Source: an uncultured Gammaproteobacteria bacterium (GTDB lineage Bacteria > Pseudomonadota > Gammaproteobacteria > Steroidobacterales > Steroidobacteraceae). From it: 30,000 nt of DNA. Position 1 is the stretch's first letter. The number at the start of each line of letters is the position of its first letter. The stretch covers positions 929,912-959,911 of the forward strand of contig CAVYKH010000004.1 of assembly GCA_963769075.1 (NCBI GenBank), in the 5' to 3' direction. A program made the translations under genes and the position numbers. Shown here piece by piece: positions 25,129 through 30,000 of this stretch. The notes beneath the pieces are model-generated. The model did no database searches and was not told the DNA's origin. It was given only the letters and a program-made list of their open reading frames with translations.

Positions 25129-26274
25129 ATGAACCGAGAGCGCAAGACTCTCACGACCTTCGCTGATACGCCGATGCCTGAAAATCCCGACACGGTCACT
25201 GCGGGACGGCGAAGCCATCGGCGGAGGTGCAGTCCTTGGCTGTCTTGGATAGCCGTTTGCACTCTGTTTCTTTTGGGGTCTTGGCCGTGCGCCCCGTCAC
25301 GGGGCGCCGATCTTATCCATGACGCCAATGCGGTGTTCGCGCCACTTCCCCAAGCGATGCCGGCGCCGCCCGACAATCCGACGACGGCAGTCAAGGTTCG
25401 CTTGGGGAAGATGCTGTTCTTCGATCCGCGCCTCTCGAAGAGCGACACGATCAGCTGCAATTCTTGCCATGGCCTGGCCACCGGCGGCGTGGACAATTTG
25501 CCCACATCGATGGGACATCTTGCCCAGTTTGGTCCGCGCAATGCGCCGACGGTCTTGAATGCCGGGCTGCAGATCGCTCAATTCTGGGATGGGCGAGCCG
25601 CGACTTTGGAGGATCAGGCGAAGGGTCCGATACTCAATCCGGTGGAAATGGCCATGCCGGATGTGCCGATGGTGCTGTCGAGGCTCAGCACCATTCCGGA
25701 GTATGTCGAGCTCTTCAAGCTAGCGTTCGCGGGCGAGAAGGACCCCGTCAACTACGACAACGTCGCGAAAGCCATCGCTGCCTTCGAGCGGACGCTGCTC
25801 ACGCCATCGCGGTTCGATCAATTCCTGCGCGGCAAGTCGGATGCGCTCTCGCCCGAAGAGAAGCAGGGCTTGTCACTGGTCATGGAGAAGGGTTGCATCG
25901 CCTGCCACAACGGCGTGGCTGCGGGGGGAGGTATGTATCAGAAATTTGGGCTTCAAGGCCGGTACGAGTACAGCGACGACAAGGGTCGGTACAACGTGAC
26001 GAAGAAAGAGGAAGACATGTACTTCTTCAAAGTCCCGATGTGGAGAAACGTCACTCGAACTGCACCGTACTTCCACGACGGCTCGGTGTGGGATCTGAAG
26101 GAGGCGATTCGGATCATGGGGCGCCTGCAACTCGGAACCGAGTTGTCCGACAAGGAGGTCGATCTGATCGCAGCATTCATGCACTCCCTAGAGGGACAAA
26201 TACCGGACGAGGCGCTGAAGTTGCCGAATCTGCCTGCATCGACCCTGTCAACGCCAAAGCCCGTGTTCAAATGA
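25129..26274 (+). CDS. Di-haem cytochrome c peroxidase (CcpA/MauG family)
   Basis: Two CxxCH haem motifs (CNSCHG, CIACHN). Also FGPRNAPTVLNA, QFWDGRA, GPILNPVEMAM, FKVPMWRNVTRTAPYFHDGS. N-terminal hydrophobic signal. ATG at 25129 with GGAG 6 nt upstream. Confidence 0.9.
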   Translation: MNRERKTLTTFADTPMPENPDTVTAGRRSHRRRCSPWLSWIAVCTLFLLGSWPCAPSRGADLIHDANAVFAPLPQAMPAPPDNPTTAVKVRLGKMLFFDPRLSKSDTISCNSCHGLATGGVDNLPTSMGHLAQFGPRNAPTVLNAGLQIAQFWDGRAATLEDQAKGPILNPVEMAMPDVPMVLSRLSTIPEYVELFKLAFAGEKDPVNYDNVAKAIAAFERTLLTPSRFDQFLRGKSDALSPEEKQGLSLVMEKGCIACHNGVAAGGGMYQKFGLQGRYEYSDDKGRYNVTKKEEDMYFFKVPMWRNVTRTAPYFHDGSVWDLKEAIRIMGRLQLGTELSDKEVDLIAAFMHSLEGQIPDEALKLPNLPASTLSTPKPVFK

Positions 26275-26380
26275 GATGCAATGTCGCGGCGCGAATCTGG
26301 AGAGTAACCATTTCCTGGGGGTAAGCACCGCACAACATCATGAAATAGTCGGAAAGGATGAGACACAACAGCGACCTAAA

Positions 26381-26394
26381 TGAACGATCGTTCA
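26381..26394. promoter_or_regulatory. Perfect 14-bp palindrome TGAACGATCGTTCA in an AT-rich intergenic region (candidate operator)
   Basis: Read directly from the sequence. It lies about 195 bp upstream of the DUF308 gene start and about 105 bp downstream of the peroxidase stop. Confidence 0.3.
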
Positions 26395-26589
26395 ATAACT
26401 TAACTTAATCTCTATTATGCGAAGTTTGCGGTGGGAACGCATGCGCTCGGCGCTGCGTTGAAAGCAGATAAAACATAGCACTTCAGTTCGGTGATTGTCC
26501 AGTCACCGAGCGACGCCAAAATGCGGGTGAGAGCGATTATGTTAATTGCCTGGAGCTGCCGAGCCGCTTCGCGGCGTCTGCGGTTGCCC

Positions 26590-27180
26590 ATGTCAGAAAG
26601 GAAATCGATTGCTGCGTCCATCGCGGCCGGACTCGACGAGATCCACGATTCATGGGGTTGGTTTGTGGCGCTTGGTATTGCGCTTATTGTTCTCGGCGGC
26701 GTCTGCATCTTAGGGGATGCGACGGCGACGCTCACTACCGTATTGGTATTCGGTTGGCTGCTCATCATGGGCGCCGTCCTCGCGCTGATCCAGGCGTTTC
26801 GGGTGCGCACCTGGAGTGGATTCTTTCTTTTCTTCCTGAGCGCACTGCTACGCGGGTTCACGGGGTACCTCCTAGTGCGCTACCCGCTTGCAGGGGAACA
26901 AGGTCTGACCCTGCTGCTCGCGTCGTTCTTCGTCGTCGGCGGCATATTTCGGGCGGTTGGCGCCAGCGCGGTGCAGTTCCCACAATGGGGCTGGGCGGTG
27001 TGCTCCGGGATCGTCTCGGTAGCGCTGGGCGTCATGCTGCTCACGCATCTGCCCGTAGTAAGCCTCTGGTTCATCGGTTTGGCCATCGGTATCGATTTCA
27101 TTTCCGACGGCGCGTGGTTTGTCGCGCTCGGCATGGCTCTACGCGGTGTTCCGAGCGGTCGATCTTTGGCGCACGTGTGA
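26590..27180 (+). CDS. HdeD/DUF308 family membrane protein
   Basis: Six predicted TM helices with the repeated DUF308 pattern (WGWFVALGIALIVLGGVCI..., LLIMGAVLALIQAF, FFVVGGIFRAV, IVSVALGVMLL, IGLAIGIDFISDG). ATG at 26590. Confidence 0.8.
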   Translation: MSERKSIAASIAAGLDEIHDSWGWFVALGIALIVLGGVCILGDATATLTTVLVFGWLLIMGAVLALIQAFRVRTWSGFFLFFLSALLRGFTGYLLVRYPLAGEQGLTLLLASFFVVGGIFRAVGASAVQFPQWGWAVCSGIVSVALGVMLLTHLPVVSLWFIGLAIGIDFISDGAWFVALGMALRGVPSGRSLAHV

Positions 27181-27226
27181 CACGTGTGAATGGCGGGGCA
27201 CCCCACAGTTCTCCAGGAGAAATGAC

Positions 27227-27433
27227 ATGAACAAGATGTTAGCAGTCGTATTTGGCGATGAAAACGCGGCCTACGAGGGCGTGCGGGCTCTGTCTGCACT
27301 GGATCAAGAAGGCAGCATCGACGTGAATTCGGTGGCGGTGATCAAGAAGAACGCCGACGACACGGTCTCGAGGGAGCGCGTGGACGATGTGTTCCCGGCT
27401 TGGACCGTTGGGGGACAGCGCTCGGGAGCTTGA
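27227..27433 (+). CDS. DUF1269-like protein, N-terminal part (frame 1 of an interrupted gene)
   Basis: AGGAGA lies 6 nt upstream of the ATG at 27227. MNKMLAVVFGDENAAYEGVRALSALDQEGSIDVNSVAVIKKNADDTV is the DUF1269 N-domain pattern. The frame ends shortly after the G5 run at 27410-27414. Confidence 0.7.
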   Translation: MNKMLAVVFGDENAAYEGVRALSALDQEGSIDVNSVAVIKKNADDTVSRERVDDVFPAWTVGGQRSGA

Positions 27434-27984
27434 TCGGAATTCTCGGCGGACCCGTCGGCTTGGCGGTTGGCATGGGCACAGGTGCGTTGGTCGGTCTCAT
27501 CGGTGACCTGCGCACAGCCGAAGTGGGTGCGGACTTCTTTTCCGATGTCTCGACGGCTTTGATTCCGGGCAAGTTTGCCGTCCTCGCCGATGTGGATGAG
27601 GAGTGGGTCACACCGGTGGACACGCGGATGGAAGCTCCTGGCGGGGTCGTGTTCCGCACCATCAAGAGTGATGTCGAGGATGAGCGTCGAGCGCGCGAGG
27701 TGGCTGCCCGGCGCGCCGAACTCGACCAGCTCAAAGCAGAGCATGCCAAGGCACGCAGCGACCGAAAGGCGAAATTACAGGCGCAAATCGATCAGCTCCG
27801 CACACGGCTGGATAAGAGGCTCGAGCAAAATCAGGCGCGGTCAAAGCAAGCTGCCGAGCAAGTGCAGGCTAAGGTCGCGGCGCTGCAAAAGAAAGCGGAC
27901 CAAGAGAAGGGTAATGCGAAGGCGGCCATTGAGGCGCGGATCACCCGCATTCGCGATGATTATCAGCGCCGACAACATGTCTAA
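27400..27984 (+). CDS. DUF1269-like protein, C-terminal part: glycine-zipper segment plus a long Lys/Ala/Gln/Arg coiled-coil tail
   Basis: TALGSLIGILGGPVGLAVGMGTGALVGLIGDL...FFSDVSTALIPGKFAVLADV continues the DUF1269 pattern in the -1 frame. About 110 aa of heptad-like charged helix follow. The first codon of the track ORF is TTG, so it is not a real start. Confidence 0.7.
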   Translation: MDRWGTALGSLIGILGGPVGLAVGMGTGALVGLIGDLRTAEVGADFFSDVSTALIPGKFAVLADVDEEWVTPVDTRMEAPGGVVFRTIKSDVEDERRAREVAARRAELDQLKAEHAKARSDRKAKLQAQIDQLRTRLDKRLEQNQARSKQAAEQVQAKVAALQKKADQEKGNAKAAIEARITRIRDDYQRRQHV

Positions 27985-28142
27985 GTCGCGCGCGATGGAG
28001 GTTTGCAGCTGACATTTAAGAGTGGACAGGAGCAAGCGGCGGCGGGAACGTCGGATTTCGCCGCCCTTGCGCTCCCCGAGTTCCCGCAACTGCTGCATTC
28101 CTCGGACACCGCCTGAGCGCTACCGACGCGGGTGCTGATCCT

Positions 28143-28748
28143 TTAGGAAGGCTCCTCGGATCGGGCCTCCGTTCGAAGACGCTCCAGATCGTGCCGATAG
28201 GCGTCGCCGTCACCATAGTCCACAAAGCTGCCATAGCGTGCGTGCACGCCGAGCACACGTCGCGCATGCTTGATGGGGCACCAGTACTCCTCGGTACGGG
28301 AAGCGATTTCGCGGATGTACGCAATCAGACCGTTCGCATAGGCGCAGTACTCGCAATTAATCTTCTCAATGGCGTTGAGATAAGCAAGTTGCCCTCGATC
28401 GAACGCCAGATAATCGCGCCGGCGCACGCGTCGAAGCCCATATACCGGGAAGCATACCGCCTGATACAAGGCCGCGAACAAATCCAGCAGTATGAGAGGA
28501 ATGATGAGTGAATAAATGACGGGTGCGGTCAGAATCAGCGCTGGGCGCGCATTGAAGACGTAGCTCCACAACCGGGCTTTCAGGAGACGGTGCTTTGCGA
28601 TGAGGGCGTGTTCGAATTGGGCGACGCCGTCCTGCATCTTGTAGTTAAGCTCGATGCGCCGCTTGGCGAGCGCCAATTCGAGCTGTCGCTCGAGGGCGCG
28701 AATCGATCCGGCCAATTGGGCAATCTCTTCACGGACGGTGTCAGTCAT
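28143..28748 (-). CDS. Conserved hypothetical membrane protein with an N-terminal coiled coil and a Cys/His-rich C-terminal domain
   Basis: ATG at 28748 with AGGAAG 7 nt upstream. TAPVIYSLIIPLILLDLFAALYQAVCFPVYGLRRVRRRDYLAFDRGQLAYLNAIEKINCEYCAYANGLIAYIREIASRTEEYWCPIKHARR matches a widespread uncharacterised family that I recall but cannot name. Confidence 0.7.
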   Translation of the reverse strand: MTDTVREEIAQLAGSIRALERQLELALAKRRIELNYKMQDGVAQFEHALIAKHRLLKARLWSYVFNARPALILTAPVIYSLIIPLILLDLFAALYQAVCFPVYGLRRVRRRDYLAFDRGQLAYLNAIEKINCEYCAYANGLIAYIREIASRTEEYWCPIKHARRVLGVHARYGSFVDYGDGDAYRHDLERLRTEARSEEPS

Positions 28749-29107
28749 TTCTAAGCTTCCTGTGCTGGCTGTACTGGAGGAGAATCCGTCGGGGCGGCCG
28801 CAGCTTGCACCCGCCCAACAGTATGTCACCGTCCGCCATCCCAAGTCGCAGCATATCGCCGAGGCCTAGCGGAGACCCACGTTGTCCCGATGGTTATATA
28901 CGGCGGAATGGGATACTTGTGACCAAAATCGGGAAAACGCTCGCCTTCAAGTCGAAGATCAATTCCGGACACATCGATAACTACCTTGCGCCGAGGATGT
29001 GCAGCTGCGTCCTCTCTCGTATATCTCCAAGCCCCGCCGGGTGAGTTCCGCGCGGGCGCGTTCGGAGACGCTGCCCTCGAATCCAAAGTTCGCGCCGGGA
29101 TTTGGCT

Positions 29108-29461
29108 CTAGTTGCCGGGTTTGCCGCTACCACGCACAGCCGCGACGAAGAGCCAGACGAGGAACAGCGGGAGCAACAACGGCAGCATGAACGGAAACGC
29201 GAAACAAGCTGCCACCACGCCCGCAATCACCAATACACCAAAGACCATCAGTCCCGTCCCGGCGAATACGAAAACAAGCAGAATCGCCGTGCAAAAGAGC
29301 GACACGATCGCCACCAGCACACCCCAGCCCTCCGCCGCGAACTTTGCCGGCCCGACGAGCTTGTGGCCGTTTACGATAATGGCGATGTCGCTGGACTGAA
29401 GCAACACCCAGGCGAGAAGGCCGAGAAGGACGATCACCAGCACAATCGCGATGCTCTTCAT
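29108..29461 (-). CDS. Small polytopic membrane protein (117 aa), function unknown
   Basis: ATG at 29461 with GAGGA 9 nt upstream. Three to four hydrophobic helices (IAIVLVIVLLGLLAWVLL, WGVLVAIVSLFCTAILLVFVFAG, FGVLVIAGVVAACFAFPFMLPLLLPLFLVWLFVAA). Confidence 0.5.
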   Translation of the reverse strand: MKSIAIVLVIVLLGLLAWVLLQSSDIAIIVNGHKLVGPAKFAAEGWGVLVAIVSLFCTAILLVFVFAGTGLMVFGVLVIAGVVAACFAFPFMLPLLLPLFLVWLFVAAVRGSGKPGN

Positions 29462-29934
29462 GCCTATACGTCCTCGCACGAAGCCCCCTCTCTTGTCGTG
29501 CACGCCGCCCGCAATAACTAATTTGAGTCTGTAAGCGACGCCCACCTCTTAGCTTACGCGGATTCCTCGGTTGCGAGTAGATGCGGACGTGCATATGCCA
29601 ATGGCTTTTTACTTGACGGTATCCAACATTCTACGGCTACCTCCGCATCAACCACGCGAGCAGCGAGAGTACCGCACTCACTATGAGCATCGTCGCGATC
29701 GGGAAAAAGTACTTGAATGCCGGTCAGTCGATGACGATCACTGCGGCGGCCGTCTCATGCGGAATTCCCGTAACGGCCCGAGCGCTGCGCACGACCACAA
29801 TACGCTCGTCGAATCAACCCGCAGTGCGCAAGAGCCGTCCTGGTCGCCTCCGTAGTTTTACTGATTGCACGACCGTCGCACTCGCGCAACGCTGTCCTAA
29901 GCGTTTTTTGGGTGTCGGTATCCAGGGAGCGGTT

Positions 29935-30000
29935 ATGAACAGCATCGAATCGCATCTGTCGTCGGTTCTCTCCCGCAGCTGGTGGCTGCTCGTCTTGCGC
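29935..30000 (+). CDS. 5' end of a second DUF308/HdeD-like gene (runs off the window)
   Basis: GGGAG lies upstream of the ATG at 29935. MNSIESHLSSVLSRSWWLLVLR resembles the typical DUF308 N-terminus (..WW.lllrG..). Only 22 codons are visible. Confidence 0.35.
   Translation, partial: MNSIESHLSSVLSRSWWLLVLR

Noticed and set aside
25464-26324. 286-aa ORF overlapping the peroxidase in another frame
   Set aside because: It is Arg/Gly-rich with no motifs. The peroxidase frame carries both CxxCH haem sites.
24478-28151. 11-mer CTTTAGGAAGG occurring three times (24478-24488, 24919-24929, 28141-28151)
   Set aside because: A rough estimate gives a non-negligible chance expectation for one triple 11-mer in 30 kb. 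The three contexts differ (pseudogene end, intergenic, stop codon of a gene) and the flanks are not similar.
28826-29086. 86-codon minus-strand ORF (..VVIDVSGIDLRLEGERFPDFGHKYPIPPYITIG..) in the gap between two membrane-protein genes
   Set aside because: It has only a TTG start, no SD and no family recognised. It could be another remnant, but I cannot support that.
29637-29690. 17-codon hydrophobic mini-ORF (MLIVSAVLSLLAWLMRR) on the minus strand
   Set aside because: It has no convincing ribosome-binding site and is too short to distinguish from chance.
29886-29908. Weak hairpin AACGC-N8-GCGTT followed by TTTTT
   Set aside because: It has only a 5-bp stem, and no credible plus-strand gene lies upstream that it would terminate.
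1-30000. Search for CRISPR arrays, tandem repeats, tRNA/rRNA genes and riboswitch-like leaders
   Set aside because: I found no regularly spaced repeats, no cloverleaf-like tRNA candidates and no rRNA-like stretches by eye. A proper scan (tRNAscan-SE, Infernal, CRISPR finder) would be needed to exclude small RNAs.

Overview
High-GC (about 60%) bacterial chromosomal segment. I saw no rRNA, tRNA or CRISPR array. All family assignments come from motif recognition by eye and memory, with no database search.

**1. 0.6-11.7 kb: eroded accessory region.**
- An intact IS3-family element (1843-3500) sits inside the first codons of a transketolase gene that is also truncated at its 3' end.
- Intact genes: a ROK sugar kinase, a YcbB-type L,D-transpeptidase, a DUF2255 gene and an orphan lipoprotein.
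- Remnants: an MFS transporter, a second transketolase piece fused to an O-methyltransferase piece, an Mrr-like nuclease with a topoisomerase-type zinc finger, a conserved-hypothetical gene with an in-frame TAG, and a frameshifted DUF2958 gene.

**2. 11.7-22.9 kb: one long minus-strand acyl-CoA redox cluster.**
- Order: two translationally coupled acyl-CoA dehydrogenases (the second lacks the canonical catalytic Glu), fixABCX, a dodecin/acetolactate-decarboxylase chimeric ORF, a family-I (YdiF/Pct-like) CoA-transferase, a MaoC (R)-hydratase and a DUF3141 (PhaC-like) protein.
- Deletion scars are visible: an acetate-kinase 3' remnant, loss of a phosphotransacetylase domain, and an ACAD remnant.

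**3. 23.2-30 kb: envelope/stress-type genes.**
- A DUF1134-like secreted protein, a di-haem cytochrome c peroxidase, two DUF308/HdeD-like proteins, a DUF1269-like protein broken at a G5 run, a Cys/His-rich membrane protein and a small membrane protein.
- A degraded tyrosine recombinase lies in between.

**Main points.** The recurring theme is an unusual density of gene remnants and recombination junctions. The most interesting candidate system is the ACAD pair, FixABCX, CoA-transferase, MaoC and DUF3141 supercluster.
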